Of a DNA stretch of 64,000 bases, positions 42,765 through 55,862 are shown one piece after another. Numbering within the stretch: the first letter of the stretch is position 1; each line of letters opens with the position of its first letter. Source of the stretch: Octopus vulgaris (taxonomy: Eukaryota); NCBI GenBank assembly GCA_951406725.2, contig OX597818.1, positions 98,518,001 through 98,582,000 of the forward strand, given 5' to 3'. Made by a program: the position numbers and the translations under genes. The notes beneath the pieces are model-generated. The model was given only the letters and a program-made list of their open reading frames with translations, searched no databases and had not been told where the DNA came from.

Positions 42765-45700
42765 TCATGATGACCAAGCAGGGTTACTCACACCCACCTT
42801 TTTTATCACATCCTTCCATCGATTCACATACTTTTTCTGTGTCAGGTTCCTCTTCTCAAAATCCATCTTGCTCTTTAGATGGTATCTGAAGTATTTTAAC
42901 ATACCATATCCAGAGACAAAGGTTCCTGACACCAAACCTTCCAATCTAGTTCTCCACACACACTCTTTCAGTACTGCCACCGTACAGTGAAAACAAGCCT
43001 CACCTTCCTTTGAGAGTCCAGCTGGCGGTATCATCTTTATTATAGAACCAGCCGATAGCTGTACTCGTCCCAGATGCGACAACACGTGTTCTACGTAACT
43101 TATTAAGCCTGACAGCTCCTGACAATGTACAAAAGCGTGCTGGACGGTTTCATCGTCCAACCCACATCTTGGACATGTCGGTGGCACTGACATTCCATGC
43201 CTATATAACTTATCGCGAACAGGTAGAGCATTCCTATAGCACTGCCAAGTCAGGGATTTTTGGTAATTGTCCAAATACCCCGGCTTGAAAGTCTTCTTAA
43301 ACAGGTCGGATAGTTGATCCTCATCGAACCCCAGAGACCCTCTTAGGACGTCGTCATTTTTTGCCTCTACCATCCTTCTATAAAATGTCGAGGTGGTATT
43401 CCCGCAGCCGGCTTTGCCTATCTTGTGGATCAGCCAGAGTGCCTGTCGGCACTCTTTCTGCCATAAAGTCAGGTTCCGTCTTTTAATGAAACCGGGTTTA
43501 AATCTCTCCATAGAGTCCGGTTGCGGGAAGAAATTATCTGCCAGCGGACTCCACACCTTATCACCTTCCAGGTGAAACCAGAGATGTCTCAGTCTCAGCG
43601 CATGCCTGCGCATCATTAACCAAGGCATCCCCAGCCCACCCTTTAGTGGTTCCTGGCAACACACGGAGCGCCTTACAAGTGGCTTTCCTCCCTTCCACAA
43701 AAAGCGGAAAAGGAGTCGATCCAACTTGCTTAGCCACAAATCGGGGCAAGGCACGACAGTCAGGCGATAGGTGATTACAGATGCTATAAACACCTGTACC
43801 ACCTCCGCCCTCCCTTTCAAGGAAAGATGCCTTCCGGACCACTCCCGAACTATGGCTTCTACCTTGGTCACTACCTCGCTCCAATTTTTCTCCGTCTGGG
43901 AGTCTGAACCAAACCAAACTCCAAGCAATTTAACAGGACCATCTGTCCAGTGTCCAACAACACTGGACGATATCGGCTTGTTCCTCCAGGTGCCGAGGCG
44001 CAAACCAGTGGACTTGTCCTTGTTAACTTTTGCCCCAGCCACCGCTTCGTATCTTCGGAGAGCACCTTCTACACGAGTTAGTTGTGCTTCGTTGGACACG
44101 ATGAAGGTGACGTCATCCGCATACGCAGAAACAGACTTACCGCATCCGATTTCATTAGGATTGCATCTCACCGTCTCCAACTTCCGCAGCAATGGCTCAA
44201 GAGCCAAAACGTACAGGAGAGGGGACAAGGGACATCCTTGACGAACTGAACGCTTAATCGAAAACGGTTCCGTTAAGTAACCGTTTATCTGGACTGTGGA
44301 CTTGATACCGCTGTACATAGCTGATATCCACCCGCGAAAGTCAGGACCTAGCCCAGCCGCTTCGAGAACCGTCGCCAGGTACTGATGATCTACCCTATCA
44401 AATGCTTTACTTTGGTCTAAATGGACCAATGCCCCTCCTTTGCCGGCTAATTGCCCAACCCTGTCTATAGTGTAGCGTAGAAGGTGAAGATTATCTTCGA
44501 TCGACCTGCCTGGGATTGCACATGTCTGTGCCTTTCCGACAAGTTTTTCCATGACGACCTTCAACCTTTCTGCTAACACCTTGGCCAAAATCTTTAACTC
44601 TACATTAAGTAGAGTTATGGGCCTATAATTACTAATATTATCCCCCTTGCTCGGGTCTTTCTGGATCAGCGTCACAACTCCCCGGCTCACAGAACTGGGA
44701 ATCCTCCCATTCTGTTGCCAGTTTGCGTAGACGCTTGCCAGTATGTCCCCGAACAAGTCCGGCATACAACAATAAAACTCATAGGGCAGACCATCCAGTC
44801 CCGGCGACTTTTCCCGGGCGCATTCAGCCAAAACCCCTCTTACCTCCGCGGGAGTAATCGGTCCTTCACAGCGTTCCGCTCTGCTTGGCGAGAGCCGAGG
44901 CCCACCAGCTAGGAAGTTCTGTAAGTCCTCCCCTCGCTCGAGTGGATCGCCCTCCCCAAACAACCGAGCGAAATGCTGTTGAAAGACCTTCTGTATCTCC
45001 TCCTGTCCATAGATTTTGCGTCCCTGTTCGTCAGTTAAAGACTTAATAGAGGACTTTTTGCCCTTCTGACTCTCCACACGACGTGCCCATCCGGCAACAT
45101 TAATACCTTCTCGTTTCACTGCACGTAGCTTAGCTCTGACTCTACATCCTTCATGCTTGGCATTGAGGTGACGGTACAAGATCGTTCTCTCTGCTAACAC
45201 TCTAGATGCACAGCCAGATCCCATTGCCTCGTCTAAGTTCTTAACTAAATCGCCCTCTATTCTAGTCCTATCTAAACTTAGCTGGTTGCTAAATCTAATG
45301 GACTCCAAACGGATGGCTCTTTTGAGGGCGATCCACCATCTATTATTAATGATGGTTCCACATAATGCCCTCTGGACTAATTCCATAATCCGGTTACGGA
45401 AAGCTTCACAAGCCAAAATAGACTTGTTCATTTTCCAGTATCCGGGTCCCTGTCTATGGCATTTATCTACATGTACCTCACACGTCACTAATTTGTGATC
45501 CGTGTAAGGCACAATACAAAATTGTGGACAGCTAATGCTATTCCTATCTCGTTCTTTAACAAATACCCTATCTATATACGATCTGCGTGAGCCGTCATTG
45601 TTACTCCACGTCCACTGTGGAATGCTCGGCTCATCCATTCGAAACCGATCTACTAGATTAAAGCTCGTCAGTAGACCCTTAAGGCAAGGATTCCCCCTTC

Positions 45701-46163
45701 TATCAGACGAGCCCACACTATCTATCCGCGCATCGATGATAGTGTTGAAATCCCCTACCAATACTACCGTTTTAGACGTCACTAGAAAGTGCTCCAAGTT
45801 CCGATAAAAACCAGTCTGCCTACCCTCATTAGGAGCATAAACAGCTACCAACCTGAAGGACTGCTTACTTACGTGAGTTACATCGAGGACAACCAGCCTA
45901 CCTTCTGGGTCCATAAAGACAGTACTTACCTGTAAGTCCAAGTTCTTCCTGATAAGGACTGCCACGCCTGCACTTCCTCCTCGGCTAGGAGAAATAAATT
46001 TCTCGTAACCATTGAGAAGATGCGAGAACGCTTGGGTTCCTCTCATCTTGGACTCGGTGGCAATGGCTACATCTATTCTGTGTGTCCTGAGGTCGTCCAG
46101 CAAGCAAGCCTGTTTCCATTTCGACCCCATTCCACGCACATTTATACAGCCCAACTTAATCAT
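42765..46163 (-). CDS. ORF2: APE endonuclease + reverse transcriptase + C-terminal CCHC (Tx1-like), 1132 aa
   Basis: APE motifs INVRGM, VYAPN, GDFN, SYIDRVF, TDHK; GPGYWKMN; RT motifs KSPGLDG, NYRPITLLN, DQSKAFDRV, VRQGCPLSP, YADD; GGLGMP; CPRC...HAFVHC. Confidence 0.96.
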   Translation of the reverse strand: MIKLGCINVRGMGSKWKQACLLDDLRTHRIDVAIATESKMRGTQAFSHLLNGYEKFISPSRGGSAGVAVLIRKNLDLQVSTVFMDPEGRLVVLDVTHVSKQSFRLVAVYAPNEGRQTGFYRNLEHFLVTSKTVVLVGDFNTIIDARIDSVGSSDRRGNPCLKGLLTSFNLVDRFRMDEPSIPQWTWSNNDGSRRSYIDRVFVKERDRNSISCPQFCIVPYTDHKLVTCEVHVDKCHRQGPGYWKMNKSILACEAFRNRIMELVQRALCGTIINNRWWIALKRAIRLESIRFSNQLSLDRTRIEGDLVKNLDEAMGSGCASRVLAERTILYRHLNAKHEGCRVRAKLRAVKREGINVAGWARRVESQKGKKSSIKSLTDEQGRKIYGQEEIQKVFQQHFARLFGEGDPLERGEDLQNFLAGGPRLSPSRAERCEGPITPAEVRGVLAECAREKSPGLDGLPYEFYCCMPDLFGDILASVYANWQQNGRIPSSVSRGVVTLIQKDPSKGDNISNYRPITLLNVELKILAKVLAERLKVVMEKLVGKAQTCAIPGRSIEDNLHLLRYTIDRVGQLAGKGGALVHLDQSKAFDRVDHQYLATVLEAAGLGPDFRGWISAMYSGIKSTVQINGYLTEPFSIKRSVRQGCPLSPLLYVLALEPLLRKLETVRCNPNEIGCGKSVSAYADDVTFIVSNEAQLTRVEGALRRYEAVAGAKVNKDKSTGLRLGTWRNKPISSSVVGHWTDGPVKLLGVWFGSDSQTEKNWSEVVTKVEAIVREWSGRHLSLKGRAEVVQVFIASVITYRLTVVPCPDLWLSKLDRLLFRFLWKGGKPLVRRSVCCQEPLKGGLGMPWLMMRRHALRLRHLWFHLEGDKVWSPLADNFFPQPDSMERFKPGFIKRRNLTLWQKECRQALWLIHKIGKAGCGNTTSTFYRRMVEAKNDDVLRGSLGFDEDQLSDLFKKTFKPGYLDNYQKSLTWQCYRNALPVRDKLYRHGMSVPPTCPRCGLDDETVQHAFVHCQELSGLISYVEHVLSHLGRVQLSAGSIIKMIPPAGLSKEGEACFHCTVAVLKECVWRTRLEGLVSGTFVSGYGMLKYFRYHLKSKMDFEKRNLTQKKYVNRWKDVIKKVGVSNPAWSS

Positions 46164-46187
46164 CGATGAATGAAGAAAGTTTGTTAC

Positions 46188-47669
46188 TTACGGTTGTGAG
46201 AGGGAGCATGGCAGCTTTTGTCTGCCTGCCTCCCCCACACTCTCCGTTGTTGCTGGGCATTTAACCGGCGTTGCCACCGGGCTCTGGGATGGAGTGGCTG
46301 CCGGGCTAATATTCAATTTTCCAGCTATCACCTCTTGTGTGACATCTTTAATCAGGTTGTCCCTCACGTGTAGTTGGAAGAGTCTCTCCTTCCATTCCTC
46401 CTCTCCAACCTTCGCATACCTCCAATCCGGGTTTTTTTCCGATGATTTGAAACATTTTATGTTTGGTTTCGCCTTTATGTACCAAACTACTCTCTCGTTT
46501 TTTGTGTTATAAGCAATGCACCTATCGGTTTTTTTGAATCCTTTTAAAGTTGGGGGCTGGGGTTTAATGAAATGCTGGCCTACAAAAGTAGTGCCAGCGG
46601 GGTGGGATTGGATAATTTTTTTGTGTTGTTCTTCTGCGTTTGTTTTTCTTTTTGTTTGGGGTGGGGAGTCCGGGGTATTGGATTTCTTCCTTTTGTTGGT
46701 TACAGTCGTATATTCCATTACTTCCAGTTCTTTTCCATTTGATAAAATATTTTCCACCTCGTTTTCGTTTTCGCTTTGTTTTCCATTCATTTTCTTTTCC
46801 TCCTTTTGACTTTCATTTTGCTTTTTCCGGGTATTCTCTTTAGTTGTTGCTGTGATGTCTGCTTTGTTCTCCACAGCGGTTTGAATGGGGGCATTAACGG
46901 GTTTTTTCTTTTTGCACTCTGAGCGGACGTGACCCTTCTGCCCACATTTGAAACATCTAGGCCTACGTCCCTCAACCGATACCCGCGCAGTGTGTCCATC
47001 CCCCACGAAGACCCTGTCTGGCAAACTCTCCAGCGTTGCATTGTCAGCTTGAACGATCATTTCAAGCTGCTGACCTTTCCAAAATTTTGCCTCTTTCATC
47101 CTCATGTTTAAAATGTTTAATTTCTCTTCTACGTCGAATACGACCGTTGTTGCTGCCCACATTACATCGTAACCTGTTGGTATATCCTCTATTGTTATCT
47201 TAGCTGTTCTGCGCCCTAAGTACGTGGGCAGCAACAGGATGTCTGCACTCTTCAACGTTTGAGTTGAAATTTCCTTCGCTATGCTAGCCGACTCGAAATG
47301 CGCTTCAATAGTAGCGCTTCTCACTCCTCGGCCAACATAGCGAACCTTGTTCCAAATTGGTGCCATGCACCGTTCTACCAATTCATTTCTTACATCTGCA
47401 ATCTTTTTTTCCTTAATATTATATACCTTATAAATTACCGTCTTCTCACGGATTGCTTGTAAGGTGTCAGGGGGCGGTATTATTCTCGTTTCTTCTCCAT
47501 TCCTTTGTATGAACTTTCTGAACTTGAAGAGATCCTCCATTGTTACTTCCAGTTCTATAACATTGCCTCCAACGGCTTCCGAAAAACTTTGTTTCTCCTT
47601 TGTATCCTTTTGCTTTATAACTTCTCCCATCTCGGGAAAATCAGAATTTGACGTTAAGTCAAGATCCAT
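46188..47669 (-). CDS. ORF1: gag-like nucleic-acid-binding protein with CCHC zinc knuckle
   Basis: CFKCGQKGHVRSEC knuckle followed by a K/E-rich region. Lies upstream of ORF2. First ATG at 47669; the track start at 47720 is a non-ATG codon. Confidence 0.88.
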   Translation of the reverse strand: MDLDLTSNSDFPEMGEVIKQKDTKEKQSFSEAVGGNVIELEVTMEDLFKFRKFIQRNGEETRIIPPPDTLQAIREKTVIYKVYNIKEKKIADVRNELVERCMAPIWNKVRYVGRGVRSATIEAHFESASIAKEISTQTLKSADILLLPTYLGRRTAKITIEDIPTGYDVMWAATTVVFDVEEKLNILNMRMKEAKFWKGQQLEMIVQADNATLESLPDRVFVGDGHTARVSVEGRRPRCFKCGQKGHVRSECKKKKPVNAPIQTAVENKADITATTKENTRKKQNESQKEEKKMNGKQSENENEVENILSNGKELEVMEYTTVTNKRKKSNTPDSPPQTKRKTNAEEQHKKIIQSHPAGTTFVGQHFIKPQPPTLKGFKKTDRCIAYNTKNERVVWYIKAKPNIKCFKSSEKNPDWRYAKVGEEEWKERLFQLHVRDNLIKDVTQEVIAGKLNISPAATPSQSPVATPVKCPATTESVGEAGRQKLPCSLSQP

Positions 47670-48229
47670 AATAAAATGCAAGTGACTTGTCACAAGAGAC
47701 AAGATAAAAATTAAATCCACACTGAATTAAAGTTCATATATAAAAAGAAATTTTCTACCCCGAAGGGCGAAAATTACTTTGTTTCACAAGTTAATACTCC
47801 AAAAATTGTACGTGTAAATCCAGAACAGAACGAACTAACATAACAGCTTACAGCGTAAAATAATCCGACGTAATCCAAGGAAAAATCAGTAGGTGTCGCT
47901 TCCGACAATCTCTGTTCGATGGTTTTATTTACCTAGGTTCGGTGGAATACATCCACTTGTTTTCAATAATAGAAATATTAAAATAACTAAGTCTCACTAA
48001 AAGAGAACAGCGGCAGCGTTCCCGGAAAATAATAGTTATCGCCATACTAATATGGCATTCTTATAAAAATAATAAAAAAGCTGTCCGCTTATTAGCTCCA
48101 TGAGGCCATCGCCTTAAGTTAGCTATTTTTTATTATTTTTATAAGAATGCCATATTAGTATGGCGATAACTATTATTTTCCGGGAACGCTGCCGCTGTTC
48201 TCTTTTAGTGAGACTTAGTTATTTTAATA

Positions 48230-48734
<505 letters not shown>

Positions 48735-49129
48735 GTAACCACACACACGCACATACAAACACGAATATACAAATATTAAAGACTATACGATGAAATACAT
48801 AATGTTTCCGTAAGATTCGAACATGAAAATGCTAATCGCTGTTACATTTCGTCTTCTACCACAATTCCTACATAAATACCAATGCAACGATGACTTTTGT
48901 TACATGTTTGACAGACGAATACTTTTTCAGCTATTGATGATCTATTATTAGCTAGCTTTGGTTTATGTAGCATTAACTGCCTAACAAGACAAACTTTTGG
49001 AAGATGAACACAACCACGGGTTGAACATTTGAAGGGATTTGCAATATCCTTGGAGCTTTCTTTCCTTGTAACTCGTTTTAGTATTGTATGTTTGATGTGA
49101 TTCGTCTCAAAATATTTGAATACTTGAAT

Positions 49130-49860
49130 ATGGATTGCTTTATTATAATATAATAATAATGAAATTATTGTATACACTGCTCAGGTGCACCACAACTTGT
49201 CAAAAGTGCGTATAAAGCATATGCAGTGATGTACGAATCTCTGGGAAGTAAACAGTGTATGAGTCAGATACATGCTTGCGTGCGTATGGAGGGGAGGAAA
49301 TCAGGTGCAGTGTTGTAAACATGCTCACGGGTGTTAGACTGGAAGCAAAGAAGTTTTGAAGGATGCAGTGCTCCGACAACTAACAACTGATGCCGGCAGT
49401 TTGTTCCATACTTCAGCAACTCTTAGCATGAAAAAATGTTTCCGAAAGTCATGGGAGCTGTGCTGTTTTCTGACTTTGTAAACATGCTAACGGGTGTTAG
49501 ACAGGTGGAGTTTGAAAAGGTGCTCAGAGTTATTGTTAGTAAGATGGTTAATAATTTTATGGGTGCCTTCCAAGTCAGTTGCCAGACGTCGGAGTTTCAA
49601 TGTATCCATGCCCAGGGAAGTAAGGCGTTCAGAATATGGCAAATACCTGATGGAAGATATTCTCTTGGTTGCACGTCGCTGAACGGTTTCCAGACGATTA
49701 ATATCCTGGGCAAGATAAGGGTTCCAGACCGGCGATGCAAATTCCAGGTGAGGCCGCACCATAGCTATATAAAGCCTCAGATAGATAGCCGGAGAGCGGC
49801 TCACAAAGGACTTGGTGAGTGATGCCAAGACACCCTCAGCCTTCTTGACAATTGAATTTC
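49130..49860 (-). mobile_element. 5'-truncated CR1-clade LINE 3' end
   Basis: LYIAMVRPHLEFASPVWNPY...LETVQRRATK...YSERL..LGMDTLKLRRL. Confidence 0.85.
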
Positions 49861-50469
49861 CCAGCAATTTTCCGCTTTTATACTACATTGGTTTACCTAA
49901 AGTTAAAGGAGGTTTTTTTTCTTTACTGTGAGTCCAGTAAAAGGGTTTTCATGGACATATTTCGCATAACGAAAGAAAAAGTGCTCTTGGTATTTATAGG
50001 ATTCCGGAAGGCAACAACCTGTCAGTATCGTTAGAGTGTTGAAAAAAAAACTTGCGTTATTTCTTCCTGCTCTTTACGTTCTGTGTTCGAGTCCTACCGG
50101 GAGTTCAATTTACCTTTCATTCTTTCGGGGTAAAAAAAAAATAAAGTACCAGTTCAGTACTGCAAGCGATGATGTTGATTCACTTCTCCCCTCAAAATTG
50201 TTAGCCTTGTGTTGAAATAAGAAAACATTGATAGGTCTCCGGCAAAAATACTCAAACTAGAAGGAAACCCGGTATTAAATAATCGAAATGATCTGATTTA
50301 TAATCTCTGGGAAAACCATACTGTTCCTTAAGATTAGGAAAATGGGTTGTTGAAGGTGTTCTACCATGCAAAATATGGGGAAAGGTTAAGAGGTAATTCT
50401 CGAGGTATTTTCTGTTGGGGAGAAAATACAAGCACAATTCAGTTCTATATTTAAGAGATGAGGAATTAT

Positions 50470-50592
50470 GTACATTATTTACATTATTTACATTCGACGG
50501 ATATTTGTGCTCATCTTTTTTGTGTTAACAACAAAGTAGATGAGGACAAATATCCGTCGAATGTAAATAATGTAAATAATGTAAATAATGTA
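50470..50592. repeat. About 120-bp foldback palindrome
   Basis: TACATTATTTACATTATTTACATTCGACGGATATTTGTGCTCATCT...AGATGAGGACAAATATCCGTCGAATGTAAATAATGTAAATAATGTA. Confidence 0.85.
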
Positions 50593-52219
50593 CGAGCAGA
50601 ATTATTCTTCGAAGTCTTATTGAACACGCTGGAATTTTTTTTCTACCTGAGTCTTAATCAGGATAATAACATAAAGGAAAACTAGAAAGAAGCTCTTGGC
50701 ATTTATAGTATTCAGGTTGTAGGAGGAACCTATGACCACTGGCATGATATTTTCGGCTTCTCACTCTTTTACCGAACCCCTAAGTTACGGGGACGTAAAC
50801 ACACCGACACTGGTTGTCAAGTGATGGTGGGGGGACTAACACAGACACAAACACACATACATACATTACATACATACATACATACATGCATGCATACATA
50901 CATACATACATACATACATACATACATACATACATACATACTTACTTACATTCATACATATGTATTCATGTATATATGACGGGATTCTTTCAGCTTCCGT
51001 CTACCAAATCCACTCACAAGACTTTAGTCGGCCCGAGGCTATAGCAGAAGATACTTGCCCAAAGTGCTACGCAACGGGGAAAGAAGAAAAGAAAAATCAA
51101 TTAGCAGATTCGAGACTTTTATTGTCGCTTTATGATCTGCTAAAACCTCTCATCCACTTAATCGTGATGTCTTAAGAGCTATTCTCCAAGAATATTACAT
51201 GCATCATCAGGTCCTTTGAGGAGATAGGAGGGTGCTTGTTGTAATTGGTAGAGTACTTTGGCACTTTCAAGCTGTGATGATGGTAAAACAAGGCGATCTA
51301 AGATTTCGTATTCTATTTACAATAGGTTTTTAATTTGCTTTCATTGACTACTGAGAAGGTTATTTATATACGCCTATAACACAAGGAGTAAGTTATTCAA
51401 TCTCTGTTATCTTAATTCTAAATTACATACCACTCTGTCTCTGATAAGAGAACTCTTGTACTCTGATGACTCTAACATTATCTCACACAATGAATATTAT
51501 CTTCAAATACTTAGGGATAAAAATTCGTTTCCATGTAACATGTTAGGTGTCACAGTACACATACATAGATACATACATACATGCATACATGCATACATGC
51601 ATACATATATATATATATATAAATACAGATATGTATATACATATGTATATGTGTATATATATATATGTAAATACAGATATGTATATACATATGTATATAC
51701 ATATACGTATGCAGGTATATACGAATAAAAATACATACACACACACACGCACACACACGCACGCACACACGCACGCACACACGCACACGCACATATGTAT
51801 ACACACACACATGTATACACACACACATATAGCGCAAGAGTGGCTTTGTGGTGAGTAGCTTGCTTACCAACCACATGGTTCTGTGTTCAGGCCACTGCGT
51901 GGCACCTTGGGCAAGTGTTTCTACTATATAGCCTCGGGCCAACCAAAGCCTTGTGAGTAGATTTGATAGACGGAAACTGAAAGCCCGTCGTGTATATATA
52001 TATATGAGTGTGTGTATGTGTGTACGAGTGTATGTTTGTATGTCTGTGTTTCTCCCTCATCATCGCTTGACACCCGATTTTGGTATACTTGCGTCTCCGT
52101 AAACTAGCGGTTCGGTAAAAGAGTTCGATATAATAAGCACTAGGCTTACAAAGAATAAGTCCTGGGGTCAATTTGTTCGACTAAAGGCGGTACTCCAGCA
52201 TGGCCGCAGTCAGGATGAC

Positions 52220-53085
52220 TGAAATAAATAAAAGAACATATGTGGTGTGCAAGAGAGATGTTTGCGCTGGTATGGTCATGTGACGAGAATGGCTGAAGAT
52301 AGTTGTGTGGGAAAGCACCACACCCTAGCAGTTGAGGGAACCTGTGGAAGAGGTAGACCCAGGAAAACATGGGACGAGGTGGTGAAGCACGACCTTCGAA
52401 CTTTAGATCTCACCAAGGAAATGACTAGAGACCGAGACCTATGGAGGTATGATGTGCGTGAGAAGACCCGGCAGGACCAGTGAGAACATAGCCTGTGGCC
52501 TACATACCTTTCCTTCTTGGGACACAACGCTCCATTGTGAAGACCCGTTGAGACAAGTAAAAATCAAAATCAAAATCAAATCAAAATCAAACCAAATCAA
52601 ATCAGATATCGGAAAGCAGAGCCAGAATCGAAGTCGATCAACATCAATGGAAATCGCAGCTGTGGTTAAGCGAACCATCCGATGTTGCTAGCGTCTCCCC
52701 GACTGGCCTCCGTGCCGGTGGCATGTAAAAGCACCATCCGTTCGTATCCGTTGCCAGCCTCGCCTGGCCCCCGTGCCGGTGGCACGTAGCACCATCGGTT
52801 CGTGGCTGTTGCCAGCCTCGCCTGGCCCCCGTGCCGGTGGCACGTAAAAGCACCATCCGTTCGTGGCCGTTTGCCAGCTCCGTCTGGCACCTGTGCGGAT
52901 GGCACGTAAAAAGCACCCACTACACTCACGGAGTGGTTGGCGTTAGGAAGGGCATCCAGCCATAGAAACACTGCCAGATTTGACTGGGCCTGATGAAGCC
53001 TTCTGGCTTCCCAGACCCCAGTTGAACCGTCCAACCCATGCTATCATGGAAAGCGGACGCTAAATGATGATGATGAGGATGATGA
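52220..53085 (+). mobile_element. RTE LINE 3' end plus a structured 3' region with (TGA)n tail
   Basis: LRWYGHVTRM...GRGRPRKTWDEVV..DLR...DRDLWR; ~60-bp tandem repeats at 52710-52920; ends ACGCTAAATGATGATGA. Confidence 0.75.
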
Positions 53086-53222
53086 TGATATATATATACA
53101 TATATATTTGGCGGTGCCCCAGCATGGCCACATTCGATAGACTTGAATAAGCTAAACAATAATGCACACACATTTAAGTGCTTTTGCCATTTACTTACAT
53201 ATCCTATACCCCATGCATACAT

Positions 53223-53264
<42 letters not shown>

Positions 53265-53354
53265 CCTATACTCGCCTTTTATCGATATGTACCGCATAAC
53301 TTAGGTGTACTGCACATATAAAACCCCTCACATGCACATAGATAAGCAAACAAA

Positions 53355-53437
<83 letters not shown>

Positions 53438-53609
53438 TGGCACAGCCACACATCCCCACGTCTACAGACTACATAATACTTATGGTAGAGTATACAAGGT
53501 CACAAAATCAGATGATGTAATGTTGTGTGCGACAAACACACTGCGAAAGTAGGTCCGGAACGATAAAGAAGGAAGGTGACCTCATATTTTTTATATGGGG
53601 CTCGTATCT

Positions 53610-53674
<65 letters not shown>

Positions 53675-54519
53675 TGACACGAGCGCTCGTACGCAGGTGC
53701 ACAGAGACGTAGACCCACGCGTACAAACAAGCAAACACATGAACACGCACAGAGGAACAGACAAGTGGATTAAATACTTTATATTTAAGATAACAGTAAG
53801 GACGTTAAGTATAAAAGCATTTATACTTATATATTTACTTATTCCACGTTTTCGTGATGTACACTATCTTTTAATGGATATTTTAAACTATTATTGATCC
53901 GGAAGGAAAATACGACCCTGGTCATCTCTGATTAAACAGACCTTTAATCAAAGTGTTTCATTCTTATAGCTTATATATTTTATATTTTATCTTTAGCTTG
54001 TTTCAGTCAATATACTGCGGTCATGCTGGAGCACCGTCTTCAAGAGTTCTTAGTTGAACAAATCGACTTCAGTACTTGTTTTTTTTTTAAAGCCAGTTAC
54101 TTATTCTATCGGTTTTCTTTAGCTGATAGGTTAAGTTGCGGGGACGTAAACACGCCAACACCAGTCGTCAAGTGGTAGCGAGGGGCAAAGACACACACAA
54201 ATATATATATATGTATGTTCCTTCCCGAGCCATGCTAGGCTCATAAGGGCCGGTTTCCCGTTTTCAGTGGCGTAGAAATTCTCCACATGGATGGGATGCC
54301 TGTCCGTCACAGGATTACTCATTTTTGCCAGCTGAGTGGACTGGAAAATGAAGTGTTTTGCTCAAGAACACAACGCATCGCCCCTGTCCAGGAATCGAAA
54401 TCAAAACCTTACGATCATGAGTTCAACACCCTAATCACTAAGCCACGCGCCTCCACTATATATGTATGTGTGTATGTATGTATATATATAATTGCCAACC
54501 TAATTGCCCTTTGACCGAT

Positions 54520-54900
54520 CTTTCATTAACAATGTTGTTCTTTCCCCTACTATCCATTCCGGAACTGTACCGCTCTGTAGGTAATTGTTTAATTGCGACG
54601 CGATTCTCTTGTGTATTGAACTAAACTACTTGAGCTAGTAGCCTTGATTCCGTCTGGTCTTGCCGCTTTCCAGTTTGGCAGTTTTTATATCTGTGCAATG
54701 ACATCTTTCGTTGTTATGCGCGCATTGTCCTGTCGGGGAGCCTCCGAGTGATGGAGTTCGGATCTCAAAGAATGAATCCACTCAGCACTGTGGTTGTGGG
54801 AAACTTCTTGCCCCCTGATGTTATTCCAAAATTGGTGGGTTTCGTCTGCTTCATGAGGTGAGCAATGTGTTGCTGTGGACACCAAATCATGGTACCATAG
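54520..54900 (-). pseudogene. R4-like RT N-terminal fragment
   Basis: FWNNIRGQEVSHNHSAEWI...AQI*KLPNWKAARPDGI. Confidence 0.6.
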
Positions 54901-55451
54901 CGGCTGGAAGACCAAAGAAGATGTATATACAACAGCTTGCGGAAGATGACAAATTGAAAACCTAAAAACACCAATGTAAGGCCGGGAGGGAAGGAGAAAG
55001 GAAGTCAGGCTGGCCCGGGCAATCAGCCTCACTGGATGATGCCTCGATAAAAAAAAAGTAGTTAACACCTTTCCGTAAGTATCAGCTTAATTGCCAATTG
55101 TAATTTTAATTTAGCACACTGGACAGAATGCTTAGCGGCATTTCGTCCGTCTCTACTATCTGAATACCATGTTACTACCAGTTCAAATATCTTTGTGACA
55201 CGTTTGGACTAATAAACAAGCCAATTCACTGTGTTTTGTGATGGAGAAAATTTCTTGCTGTTGACAAAGGTGTAAATACACCTACATCAGTTAACAGCGC
55301 CCAGTATCTGTAACCGAAGAGGAGATAACTATTATGAAATGCTGCATCCTACAGTCTGGAAACGGGCCGCTGCGGACTCATCTAGGTAAACCTCTGCACC
55401 ATTGTCAACAGCGAGGAATTTTCTTCATGACAAAACACAGTGAATGAAAAA

Positions 55452-55862
55452 GGCGGCGAGCTGGCAGAAACGCTAGCACGCCGGGCGAAATGCTTACCGG
55501 TATTTCGTCTGCCGCTACGTTCTGAGTTCAAATTCCGCCGAGGTCGACTTTGTCTTTCATCCTTTCCGGGTCGATTAAATAAGTACCAGTTACGCACTGG
55601 GGTCGATATAATCGACTTAATCCGTTTGTCTTCCCTTGTTCGTTCCCTCTGTGTTTAGCCCCTTGTGGGTAGTAAAGAAATAGGTATTTTGTCTGCCGCT
55701 ACGTTCTGAGTTCAAATTCCGCCGAGGTCGACTTTGTCTTTCATCCTTTCGGGTTCGATAAATTAAGTACCAATTATGCACTGGGGTCGATGTAATCGAC
55801 TTAATCCGTTTGTCTGTCCTTGTTTGTCCCCTCTATGTTTAGCCCCTTGTGGGCAATAAAAA
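55452..55862 (+). mobile_element. Dimeric SINE family A
   Basis: Head plus two bodies, A-rich tail. Confidence 0.8.

Larger units (their letters stand above)
42530..47886 (-). mobile_element. Full-length Tx1-clade (L1 group) non-LTR retrotransposon, apparently intact
   Basis: Two uninterrupted minus-strand ORFs separated by 24 nt. Identical 17-bp TSD CAGTAGGTGTCGCTTCC at 42513-42529 and 47887-47903. The 3' end reads ...AATAAAGATTTA with no poly(A). Confidence 0.93.

Noticed and set aside
43393-47685. Short plus-strand and alternative-frame ORFs overlapping the Tx1 ORFs
   Set aside because: Antisense or shadow frames with no motifs
48842-49130. Possible Penelope GIY-YIG remnant (VFVCQTCNK...IYVG)
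   Set aside because: Too degenerate to call by eye
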